A stretch of DNA of 63,425 nucleotides, filler included, from Hyphochytrium catenoides (taxonomy: Eukaryota > Protista > Hyphochytriomycota), in assembly GCA_900088475.1 (NCBI GenBank). It is 9 parts of 9 records of this genome, joined end to end, with 100 filler letters (N's around TTAATTAATTAA, not from the genome) between each part and the next. Parts side by side here need not be neighbours in the genome. Positions count along the whole stretch, not along the records: positions 36,514 to 38,682 come from FLMG01001921.1; positions 38,783 to 52,276 come from FLMG01000118.1; 7 more parts are not named here. The stretch is one strand, 5' to 3'. This document shows, piece by piece, positions 37,151 to 48,459 of the stretch; positions within the stretch are counted from its first letter, which is position 1; every line of letters begins with the position of its first letter. Both the position numbers and the translations under genes were made by a program. The notes below the pieces were generated by a model that saw nothing but the letters and a program-made list of their open reading frames with translations, did no database searches and was not told the origin of the DNA.

Positions 37151-40100
37151 CTGCCCAGCCCTGATGCTGTCTATTATATTCCCACCTGCTTGGTATTTTC
37201 GCGGGTGCCCTAATGGTTATCACCCCTACTTACCTCTTCCCTACCTACCTTCTACCCGCACTCCCCTATTTCACCCTTTTTTACTTCTCTACTCCTTTTC
37301 GCGATTTCCATCCTCCGAACAAAATTTGTTGGTGCTCTTTCCCTCCCTGACACCAACTCCCGTCCTCATTTTCTTTCAAAACCTTGATAGACCTCCCTTT
37401 CTTAGCAACATTCAGTAGATAGACTTGCAGAGCTTGCCCAATGCTTTGAAGACAAGTGTGGCGCTGCAAGGAGTCTCTGTTCCGGTTGCAATGTGCGGGT
37501 GGCCATCTTAGGTTAAAAAGATCCAAAACAGCCGGAAACAGCCTTGTACTGCATTGAGTGTATGCCCTCAAACGAACTTGCAGGAAAGGCGCGTCTTTGG
37601 AATTACAAGCATATCTCAGAATTCTACACCTTCCTTCAGCGCTACACCGGAGAGCGTTTGCCGTGGAGTTCGACCTGGACACTTGCGCCTAACTGTTGTT
37701 CCAGGTTATCGTCTACCAGGAAAGCAAGTGCTGGACAAGGCTATCAAGGACGGGAGAATTAAGAGGAGACAGATCGATCCTAGCCGCACTCCAGAAAACA
37801 AAATAGTGGTTCAAAGAAGTAGAAAATGGTGAGGAAAAAAAAGGAGAAACGTGAAGAAAGAGAGAGAGGGACGGAAGAGAGGGCCCCCATCATCAGGTTG
37901 TCCTTCTCTCCTATTTTTATTTCAATTTCTTCTTCGTATACATAAAACACACAACCTTCCGTATTCTCCCTCATTTAATAGACGATAGAGGGACAAGAAG
38001 AGAAGGGCACCAAGGAGCATCAGAAGGAGCGAGAAGAATAGAGGAACAAAGAAGAACAGAGAGATAGAGAAACGGAAGCAGTGGACATCCCTTGTGTCTC
38101 CTGACTATTATCGCTAGAAACGCAAGAAGTGCCTCAGCAAGACATGAAATGAGAAGTTAGGGTTCTCTTGTCTTAAAAAGTTGACGAGAGCAGAGCGAAA
38201 CACTACCGCACTCCCTCTTCCTAAAGAAGAAGCGCCTCAGAAATTAGGAGCGAAAACGATAGAGGGACAGAGAGAGCAGAGTATAGATGGCCACTGTATC
38301 TCCTGAGTCGTATCGTTAAATGAGCAAGAAGTGCCTCAGCGTGGAGTAGATGTCCTCTTTTCTTAAGGCTGTTCACGAGAGCGGAGAGAAACGCTACCTT
38401 ACTCTCTCTTCATCAGCGAGAGGAGCTTCTGTGTTCCCTCGTCTCCCTCTGTTTTTTCGCTTCCTGCCTCATAGCTCTGTGGGTCTTTCCTTTGACTGCC
38501 TACCCCTTTCCATTCTTCTCTTTTCATTTATTTCTTCCGCTGGCTCCTTCATCCACTTCACTCGCTTCTGTTTCAATCTCTTTCTATCTATCTCTCTCGC
38601 TCTTTCTGTTATTGCAGTGTATTTAGGTTAGAGAGAAAGTGGGGTTCATGGCAAAGGCAACATACAGAAGGTAGGTTGGGTTNNNNNNNNNNNNNNNNNN
38701 NNNNNNNNNNNNNNNNNNNNNNNNNNTTAATTAATTAANNNNNNNNNNNNNNNNNNNNNNNNNNNNNNNNNNNNNNNNNNNNTTCTCTGAGTCAAGTAGA
38801 GGGAAATGCCCACTTTTGTGGAGGTCCATACCCAACACCTAATTCCGGCTATGCCAATTTTTGACAGCACTTTTGCCAGTCTTATTTTCGGCATATTGGA
38901 AGGTGTCTAGCGCTTGAAGCACTGCAAAAGCTTCATCCATTCCAAAGATCAAGCTTCTCAAAGTTGGGCATCCCGCCCGCCGAGGTGGTCACGCCTTTTT
39001 CTATAAGATTTTTGAGCTTTTTTACAACACTTCAAGAGGCCACTCGCCTTATATTGTTGGTACTTGTACCGACTTGTACCTGTGAAGAGTCCCTTTTGGG
39101 CTTCTCTTCTCGTAGAAGAAGGGAAACCTGCAGACCTCAACTGCTGCTGGCGGCTCTGGTTGATGATGATGCGGCTACTGCTACGCTTCTTCTTTCCTGC
39201 TTCTGTCCTTTTCTTCACATTGCTGTCGCTTGATCATCGCTCTGCTGAGCCAGAAACCCTTGCTTGTGCCGGAGGAGGAGGGTGGCTTAGGACTTGACTC
39301 GCCGCTGCTAGTAGCAAAAACTACTGTGATGGATGAGGGATCCGTCAGTAGTGGGGATTAGATTGGCCAAAAATAATAATGACCTCGGATTCTAATGAGA
39401 CTTATGCACTAGGCTTCATGATAGTAAGCACCCTTTTGTTCAAACAGTATTGGCAAAACAGGACTATAGATAACATCGGCCCAAGCTACCAACGAGCACT
39501 CTGTTGCTAGGTAGATGTTGAGGAGAAGAGCTAATATGATGATGCTTATTATGAGACCACTGCTGATGACATCAGCAGCAAGGGAAAATGCTAGAGCGTC
39601 AGACTCAAAAGTTCATTTCTTTCTGGTTATAGCGTGTTTGAAGCAGCAGGACCGGTGGGAGTATTAGATCTCTTTGTCATGCTCACAACCGCACCACCGG
39701 CCGCACCGAACAACGATAATAACAGGTAGGTGCCGCACCTAGTTACCTTACATTTACAGAAGAGTTCAGGAAACCAGGCAGCCATGGCATCACGTAGAGG
39801 AGGCTGATGTTGCAAAGACTCACTCGCATGCCTCAACATTAGCGCGAGCTATGCGGATATGCGAAGCTCGATAATAGCAGCAGCAGAAGAGATTCTGCAG
39901 AAGATTTTTGGTTGTGTCTTCCTGCAAATGAAAGCTGACCCAGTAAACCTACTAACATTATCTTAGAGAAAAGGCATGACCACTGTGGTGTTTTTGTGTA
40001 TCGGAGACCATGACCTGGCCTCCTCCTGTAGGCCATAACTTGCGAACTACATAGGCTACTGCCTATCTGAAAGCTGCTACAAGGTCCACATATACCACTC

Positions 40101-40389
40101 TTTGCATATGGAAACCCCCAGTAACGTATGTAAAGAAGCGGAATAGGAAGGGTTGGTGGTACCTACAAATTTCCCTCTACTTGACTCAGAGATTGCTTGT
40201 TAAAAGCCCTCCTCATCTGCCTTTTATCACTACAGATCATTTTGTAGACTGGTAGCCATCGTATCACTTTGGTTATCAAAGATAGAGCGTAACGGATAAT
40301 GGATTTCAGCAACGAAAAGCTTCTGCAGCAACTACTTGGACGGTAGCACAAAATTAAATCTTTCTTAGCTCCCAGGAGAGGAAGGACTC

Positions 40390-40649
40390 TCGTCTTTACA
40401 GCTCTTTAGAGGACTAGGGCCTTTCCTTTCTCTCTCTCTCTCGTGAATTTTTTAATAGGATCTCTCCCTCCCTTTAGAGCTGGGGCGCTCTCCTCTAAAA
40501 GTCTCTCTCTGGGTCTTGCTGTTCTTCAGAGCCCATTTTCTCTCTCTTTCTCCTAAAGAGAGCACTAGAGCTCTTTCTAGAGCTCTCTCTCTCCATAGCT
40601 CATTCACTCTCTCTCGTNNNNNNNNNNNNNNNNNNNNNNNNNNNNNNNN

Positions 40650-40706
<57 letters not shown>

Positions 40707-41790
40707 AAGCTCCCTAGAGCTCTTTCTAAAGCTCTCTCTCTCCATAGCTCATTCTCTCTCTCTTTCTCTCCCTCCTATTGGGAGCTCTATAGCTCTCTCT
40801 ATAGCTCTCTCTTTCTCTCTCTTAAGCTCTCTAGAGCTCTTTGTAGAGCTCTCTCTCTCCAAGCTCATTCTCTCTCTCTCTTTCTCTCCCCCCTCCTATT
40901 GTTGAGAGCTCTAGAGCTCTTTCTTCTAGAGCTCTCTCTCTCTCTCTCTGAAGCTCTCTAGAGCTCTTTCTAGAGCTCTCTCTCTCCAAAGCTCATTCTC
41001 TCTCTCTCTCTTTCTCTCTCCCCTTCTATTGAGAGCTCTCTCTCTCTCTCTCTCTCTAAAGCTCTATTAAAGCTCTCTAGAGCTCTTTCTAGAGCTCTCT
41101 CTCTCCAGAGCTCATTCTCTCTCTCTCTTTCTCTCCCCCCTCCTATTGAGAGCTCTACAGCTCTTTCTCTCTCTCTAAAGCTCTCTCCTAAAGCTCTCTA
41201 GAGCTCTTTCTAGAGCTCTCTCTCCAGAGCTCATTATCTCTCTCTCTTTCTCTCCCCCCTCCTACTGAGAGCTNNNNNNNNNNNNNNNNNNNNNNNNNNN
41301 NNNNNNNNNNNNNNNNNNNNNNNNNNNNNNNNNNNTCTCTCTCTCGCGCGCGCTAGAGCTCCTGCTAGAGCTCTCTCTCTGTTTCTCTCTCTAGAGCTCT
41401 CTAGAGCGAGAGATTAAGCTAAGAGAGGTCTCTAATATCCCTCTCTAGGTCTTGGTTTTCGGAGCTGATTCCTCTCTCTCTCTCGCTAGAGCTCCTGCTA
41501 GAGCTCTCTAGAGCGAGCGAGAGAAACAGATAAGAGAGGTCTCTAGAATCCCTCTCTAGGTCTTGGTTTTCAGAGCTCATTCCTCTCTCTCTCTCTCTCC
41601 CTCTCTCTCTCCCCCCACAAATGTAAAACTCCCTTCTAGGGCTCTCTCCCTCTAGGTATATATAGACCTATCCCTTTAAAGCTCCTTTCTAGAGCTCTCT
41701 CAATATATACAGAGCCCTTCCTCTAAAGCTCCTTCTAGAGCTCTCTCTAGAGCTCTCTCGCGTGCGAGCGAGCGAGAGAGAGAAGGAGAG
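40390..41790. repeat. Palindrome-rich tandem satellite (AGAGCTCT / TCTAGA motifs, about 115-125-bp units)
   Basis: Repeated unit aaagctctctagagctctttctagagctctctctctccagagctcattctctc...cctattgagagct. A second unit type (gctagagctcctgctagagctctc...ccctctctaggtcttggttttc) occurs twice at 41350-41580. Confidence 0.9.
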
Positions 41791-41975
41791 AGAGAAAGAC
41801 TAAGTAAAAAGTGATGGAAATAAAGGTTGAAGAGAATAACGGGACGACATATAGCGGAAAGAGATGTGTCTGCGGACGCAGAACCACTTATACTAATTAA
41901 AAGTAGGACTATCAGCAGAGGTACCTACTGCTTCGACTGTTCGCCTCCTTGTTCTTCATTGGTTGAAGTTCTTAA

Positions 41976-44513
41976 TTAGCCACCGCGCATTCCCTTACTG
42001 CGTTTTCTCTTCTTTGGTTTGGGGCCGGGCCTGCTGGTGTGCTCTTTAGTTCTCAGGATAAAAGGTGCTAAGACTCCTTCATCGACCTCTAGATCAACTG
42101 GTTGAGAGGCCAGGATGAAGTGGCTGTACGTCTCCAGATAAGTAGTGACCTTGTAGTGGTAGGCTATGTACTCATAAGGACTTTGATCGAGCTGATTTAG
42201 AACAGCCAATACATGGATGCAGGGCTTGAGATGATCTCGCCAGTATAGACAGGTACAGGTACACTCCTCCAAATTCACAATTCTGTTGTGATGGATCAGA
42301 ACCTCAGCCCTATAGCAGGCCAGATATAGCTTTCCTGGGACTGACACCTTAAGCTGCGGCAGGAAAACGTTAGTGAAATCGATAGAACAGGAGAACACAA
42401 ATGGAAGAGAGAATGAGAGACAGAAAGCCAGAGGTAGGCAGAGAGGAATCTCAAGAAAGAGAGAGACAGACAGACAGAGACAGAGAGACAGAAAGGAAGG
42501 AGAAGGTAGAACACAAGTCATTTGACAGCAGTGATGCATCGGACCTGAACTTTCGAGCTCTCTTTTAGCGCTGCGTCCAATTCTTTCATTACGGAAGGGA
42601 CCAACGGAAAGTTTTTGGAGTTCCACATAATAGCCTTTTCCCTTCTTGTTTGAAAGATATCCATGAGCTTTTCCAAGAAGCTCTTGTACAGCATGACAGG
42701 ATTGGAGCTCCTCGCTTCCTCGCTTAGCCAGTTGTTGGCCGATTCGGCGAGGTTAGATGTCACTTCACCATAGGTAGATCCCTTATTGGCTTTCATACAT
42801 GCAAAGGTCACCCAATGCTCCAATGGTATGTCCAACAGGTAGTCAACTGCGTCTAACAGTGCGTTTGGCAGCTCGTTAGAAGTGACCGACTCAGAAGTTC
42901 AGTAAAGAGGAGTAAGAAAAATTACCGGGCTTGGTGACGTTTAAGGCACTGAGTTTCCTTTCCATGACATCTTTACTCTCCGCTTTGGCCGCTTGATGCA
43001 CCAAGCCTTCTTCCAGAGCCGTCAGGGAGCCCTTGATGTGTGTATTGATATTCGCGACAATGTGTCGCATGCAAAATCTATGCAACGCATTGGGAAAGCA
43101 TTGCGAGACGGCATTTATTAGACCTGAGCAAAAGGGCAAGGGAGGCAGGTAAGAAGAGGCTCTTTCTCGGTATCCCCTACTAGAAAGAGTATACAGGAGG
43201 TACCTTTAAGGCGATCAGAGATGACCATCATACCCCTTTCAGCAGAGAGCAACCAGCCGCTAAGCTCTGTCTTCAACAAACAGTCGAAAAACCAGGCCCA
43301 GTTTTCCCCATCTTCCACTGGAACGAGGGCTAACGCGAAGGGCAACATCCCATTTGCACCATCTTTTGTGGTTCCCATAAGTAGAGTGTGGGCGCGATTC
43401 ATTCGGCCCTTTAAGAAGGCCCCTGATAAAAGATTTGATTAGTTAACGTGCATGACATAGCCGCATCTATCTATTGCACTTTACCATCGAACGCCACCAT
43501 CCGTTTGCAGTTGTTAATTGCCTTGATGCATGCTCCAGGCACGAGAATGCAGCGCTTGAACTGCCCAGTCTCAAATGTTTCCATCTCCCAAAACGTCCCA
43601 GGATTCTCGGATGCAATGCACTCAAAGAACGCTTGTAGCTTCTGGTAGGATTGAAGGATAGATCCATGAACTGCCTCTTGAAAGGCCTTTCTTGCGCGAG
43701 AGGCTGTAGATTTATCAATCTTCACACCAAGCTCATCACGCACTCTGGATTGGATATCCATTATAGACATTGGACGTAGGGGATCGTTGCCAGGAAGGTC
43801 TGGTAGGATTGACGCAAGCTTTGGGCATCGGTGGATATATATATATATGTAGGAAAGTAAACAACGATAGGGAATAGGGTGTCAGTAGTACATAACGTCA
43901 TTCATGAAAGCTGGGAGAGTTCAGAGCATTGCACACATCATACCCAGTGTTGTCCGTATGCAGATCCTCTTCGAGCTAGAGCCTGGTGCTGATGCAGGAA
44001 GTGGTTATGAGTGAGATCACCCTGCGTGAGGTAGACGTTCCCGTCTTTCCTCTTGAAAGCACGGAGTTCAAAGGGACAATCTTCCGTTGAGCATATCCAC
44101 CTTTTGCACGTTGAGGTGGATAAGCTACACTTAACCTTGAAACCATTGGTACGTGAGAGCTCATATACTGCCTCTTTAAATTCATCAAACGATCCGAAAA
44201 CACGTCGTCGCTTGGTGCTGTCGTCCTGCTCCTCAGCCTGCTGAGATTTACTATTATCAACACAGCCGCTGATACCATCAACTGCAGCTCGTCCCTTCCT
44301 GAGTTCTTCCAGGACATTGTCAGAAGAAGAGCCTCTCTCAATATTATCACCGTCCCCCAGCACCCGGTTTTGCTTTTTCCTACTCTTGAGTTTGGCAGAG
44401 GAGAAGAGACCTAGTCTAGTAGCATCAGCTTTATAGCTTTCAGAAAGAAGGGAATAGATATTCTCCTTATCAATATGCTGATGGTCTGAAGGCGAGGAGG
44501 GGCGAACCGACAT
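41976..44513 (-). mobile_element. Mutator-like (MULE) transposase with five introns, apparently intact
   Basis: Spliced product has an N-terminal MuDR/WRKY-type Zn finger (WICSTEDCPF...HNH), DDE core VAFD|GAFLKG...VISDRLK|GLINAV...HRFCMRH, TSNLAESAN, and SWIM CTCTC...PCIH. Confidence 0.92.
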
Positions 44514-45735
44514 CTTGTCTCAAAGCAGAGAGCAGACAACGGCGGAGGACTGCTGATGGTGGGCAAGCAGGGCACCTACTACTACTACTACGACTTGTAC
44601 TGCGATACGAAACTCAGAAGAGCACGATAATTGGCGATGAGCGACGATGGCAGCAGGAAATGCCGCGACGGCAAGGCAAAGAGCGCAAAAAATGGATTAT
44701 TATAGTAAACGTAGCGCTAATAACGAACTGCTTTTTTGGCGCCGCCAAGACCGACAACATACAGAAGATCCATCATCACTTCAGTCACCTACAAAACGGC
44801 TTCCCGCCAAGCTAGAGTGCGAAGATTGAGAAAGATGCTTTTTTTATTTAAAAAAAAAAGGTACTTTCCATATTTCTGTTTGAAGTTAAAGTTTCTGAAA
44901 TTTACGAGGTTTCTGCCTAAAACTTTTGCTTTATTAGAGAGGATTCTGTAAAAGGTTTTACTCTAGAGAATTCCTCTCTGTTTTCCTTCCTTCCTTCCTT
45001 CAACAGCTGCTGCACCCTTCCTTATTCTCCCCCAGTCTGCACCCTTTAGTTCCAGCAGCAGAAGTACAGCCAAGAAAGTAGCATCATTCCCAGTTAGTTG
45101 TGCCAGAATGTGAGCTGAAGGACATGAGCTCGTCATCCCGACCGCCCGTGCAGCTGCAAGGACTCGTCGAGGCCTCCTTCTACCTTCGCCTTTTCCTTTC
45201 AAAAGGTATCAATCAGCCTGGATCTCAAGGCTTTTGTTAGTAGGGAACTCTCGTGTTCGTCTCTCCCTTGTCATCCGCCATCTTCATCACTGTTCTCCGA
45301 CGACATCACGTGTGGGTGCTCCTGATGACCTTACCACAACACTGCTCCTAAATCTTGTCCAGTAGTCCAGCAGCAGCTCTGTTCTCCTTATACAGATATT
45401 CTTTCTGTTCCTCATCCCGCCGATCTTGCCCCGGCTTTCTCCTCTCAGTCCTATGGGCTCCCAGGATCAAGCAGCAGGTCCATTTCCGCACCGCACGGCA
45501 TGCATATCCTCCTCAGCATTATGAGACCTAAATCTCCGTGTCGTCGCTTTCTGGCACTGCCGCCAGCAGCAGAAGACTCGCTTTCGATGAATTTGTTCAT
45601 GACTACTATTTGCCATCATCACTACCACATCTAGCTAGCGGAGAGCTCACCCAGGCTAGGACTACCACTGTACTCGGTACTTTTACTTTCTCTTTTCGCT
45701 CCTACTACTACAGCTATTATTCTTTTTGACTAGAG

Positions 45736-47104
45736 ATGGCTTCAGCAGCCAGCGGTAGCAAGAACAACGTTGCCATAGTCTTTGGGGCGAACGGCGTGTC
45801 CGGAGCAGCAGCCCTCCAGGTTTTTCATGAGTCTTCCGCCTTCGCTAAGATCATTGCTGTGTCCCGTCGTCCGTCACAGTTTGATTTCCGTGATGATTCC
45901 CGTATAAAATTTATTGCTGTTGACGTTTTGCAGTCCAGCATTGCAGAGCTCACTTCAAAGCTGAAAGAAGCAGGAGGCGCCGAAGCCACTCACGCTTTTC
46001 ACTATGCCTACATCGCTAAAGAAGACGAGATGGAGATGGTGAAGCTCAACAAGGAGCTGCTTCATAAGGCACTTCAAGCTACAGCCGAGGTTGCACAGGG
46101 TGTGAAGTCTTTCCTCCTGCAAACAGGCTACAAGGTGCGCGCAGGCTGAGGGTATGTAGGATCGGGTTGCCTGTTGACTAACATCTCTGGGGCCAATATG
46201 CAACTTCAGTATTATGGCGTTCATAAAGGCGGAGGATATCTTGCACCGCTCCCTTTCAAGGAAGATGCGGCGCGCCATCAGGGACCGAACTTTTACTATG
46301 ATCAGGAAGATCTCCTGAGAGCTTTCTGCACCTCCCACTCCTGGGATTACATTATTACGCGTCCCAACTTCGTCATTGGCGTTGCCAAGGGCAACTTCAT
46401 GAACTTGGCGGTGAGCATCGCACTGTACGCCGTCGTCTGTAAAGAGGAAGACGCTCTCTTCAGGTTCCCCGGAAACCAAATCTCATGGGACAAGGTGTAC
46501 GATCACTCAGGCGCTACAAATAATGCTCGCTTTCAAGAGTGGGCCAGCCTGAACCTTGAGGCGACAAGAAATAGAGCGTTCAATATCCACGACGGTAGAA
46601 GCATTAGCTTTAAGGAGCTATGGCCCAAGATAGCCAAGTAAGTGCGTCCCTGCTGGTCAGTGTGAAGGAAGGAGTTCGTTGATCTAATGTGGCCTCCTTC
46701 CAATGCAGCTATTTTGGCGTTCAGCTTCCTCCAGAAGACAAGGCATTCACCATCCCGCCCCCAAAGTCTGGCGTCGTCGTTCAAGTCCCGGTTTCCAAGA
46801 TAATGCCGGAAAAGCGTCAGAAGTGGCAGGAAATAGTCCGCAAGTACAATCTGGATGGGTCAGCATTTGACTATGCCACATGGGAGTTTTTGGGTACGTC
46901 TTGTCACTTTAGGTGCCGTTATGCTGTGGTCATGCCTTATTAGCTATGTCTTCGTCTACAGAGTTCGCTGTAGGCCGCACGTGGTGGGACGAAGGGGACA
47001 TGAGTCAAGCCAGGAGCGTCGGATGGGACGTGACTGTTGATACCTTAGATGTATATAGGCAGACCTTTGACCGAATGAAGGAACTTAGAATGATTCCCGC
47101 TTAG
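45736..47104 (+). CDS. PRISE-type (progesterone 5-beta-reductase/iridoid synthase-like, SirQ-like) SDR; 4 exons
   Basis: IVFGANGVSG, VSRR, LQTGYK|YY, NFYYDQED, WDYIITRP and AFNIHDG are motifs of the PRISE/VEP1 family. Exons about 45736-46134, 46211-46637, 46709-46893 and 46962-47104. Confidence 0.85.
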
Positions 47105-47242
47105 TGAAAGGCCAACAACCTTAGTAAGAGCTATTTCATCGGCTGTTTGTGGGAGATGGCGCTGTATCTAATGAGAGCACGGAGGCCTATCGTTCATGGG
47201 TCTAGAGTTGGCATTACAACTGTGGTGCTGGAAGCGATCCAA

Positions 47243-47490
47243 CAGTACAAGAAGAACCGTTGGGTCAGATAGTTGAAAAATGCGGGATCTCTAGGATTAT
47301 GACTGAACCCCTCTAAGCCAGAATCCATGCTGGAAAGCGACGTTATTCACTTTTCTCGATGTAACGGTAGGCCTTCGGGGCCAACATCCTCAAATTGCGG
47401 CGCCCACGCCCATCACGAAGGTGGTGTGTGTACGCTGGAACATAATTCCAAATGATTGAGAACGATAGATCCTTTGTAGACGAATAAACC
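47243..47490 (+). pseudogene. Degenerate fragment of the 3' end of eukaryotic LSU (28S) rRNA
   Basis: cagtacaagaagaaccgttgggtcagata, ggattatgactgaacccctctaagccagaatccatgct and tcctttgtagacga resemble conserved 28S 3'-domain segments, with substitutions and a deletion. Confidence 0.75.
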
Positions 47491-47643
47491 TTGGGCGAAA
47501 CAAACGCCGCACCGCTATCTGAAGGCTGCTGGCGGCTTCTTTCTGCGTACTTCTGAAGAGAGGACTACCGATCGAGGCAGCACTTAAAAGCCTTTTGGGC
47601 AAATCAGTGGAGTAAAAAGAAGCCTAAGGAGTAGTTAATATTT

Positions 47644-48260
47644 TTAGCTGGTCCTCCGTCCAGCAGGAACCATGTCACTTTCCTCAGTAATTACAGGAGG
47701 AGAAGAAGGAGGAGGAGGAGGAGCAGATGAAACGCAGACGATATTGTTGACATCATCATCATACTCGACTATGAAGCAACAAACAAGAGAAGGGTCCAGC
47801 TGCTGAAGAGGAATATGCTTCAGAATCTGGAGGAGGTTGCACGCATTTTTCTCTTCATGCATAACCATAGAGACTCTGGTGTGAAGGCGTAAAGTCGTAG
47901 CCAAACGAGACCATTAAACCAAGACGCCAAGAAAACATCAAGAGCAGAGCGGCGGCCACATTGAAGCTTCATTAGATGATACCACACAATCAGCAACGAC
48001 GCCAGGCAGAGTTCCCTGGTCTCACAAGACCCCGCACACTAGGGGAACAAACTGCACTACAACAACGTGACAAGGAATCTCGTAACTTCTTCAACTCCGC
48101 TTTCTTAGACCAACGACCTTCATTGCCGGTATGGACTGCTGATAACGAGGGCCTTCTAGGTTGCATCGAGTCCATGATGAGCACATAAGAAATCGTATGC
48201 TAAGAAGAGGCGGAGAAGCCACGAACCAACAAACCTCACGGTTTCCGTTTGACCTCGGAA
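47644..48260 (-). mobile_element. Decayed 3' remnant of a non-LTR retrotransposon with a restriction-like endonuclease (CRE-like)
   Basis: Broken frames give AYD/VLIMDSMQP...GRWSKKAELKKL, then PPL...LGVL...RVSMVMHEEKNA..L. These resemble the DVxV..P, AExxK, PL...LG and RLSxALQRGNA motifs. A homologous copy lies at 59186-59580. Confidence 0.4.
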
Positions 48261-48302
48261 GGTGACGGGGTTCCCGAGAGACTTTGAGGCCAGAGTATTC
48301 TC

Positions 48303-48330
48303 GGGTTAGCCCTAACCCTAACCCTAACCC
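48303..48330. repeat. Short interstitial telomere-type repeat: GGGTTAG + (CCCTAA)3CCC
   Basis: Read directly: gggttagccctaaccctaaccctaaccc. Confidence 0.7.
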
Positions 48331-48459
48331 AACAGGAAGGAGAGGTGTAAAGACTTCAGCACAATCAGACTTTCCAGGCAGGGCAACATCGCAGGTTCCC
48401 ATCAAACCTTGGCCATCAAAGCAAGAGAGATTGAATATACGGAACAATAAGGTGTCTTT

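Noticed and set aside
38783-40350. Second decayed MULE-like transposase on the minus strand (CSD...FHM and CKC words)
   Set aside because: It has many stops and only weak motif resemblance. It needs a translated profile search before it can be called.
40376-44978. GAGAGGAA...TTCCTCTC as terminal inverted repeats of the MULE
   Set aside because: The match is only 8 bp in a GA-rich genome and no target-site duplication is visible.
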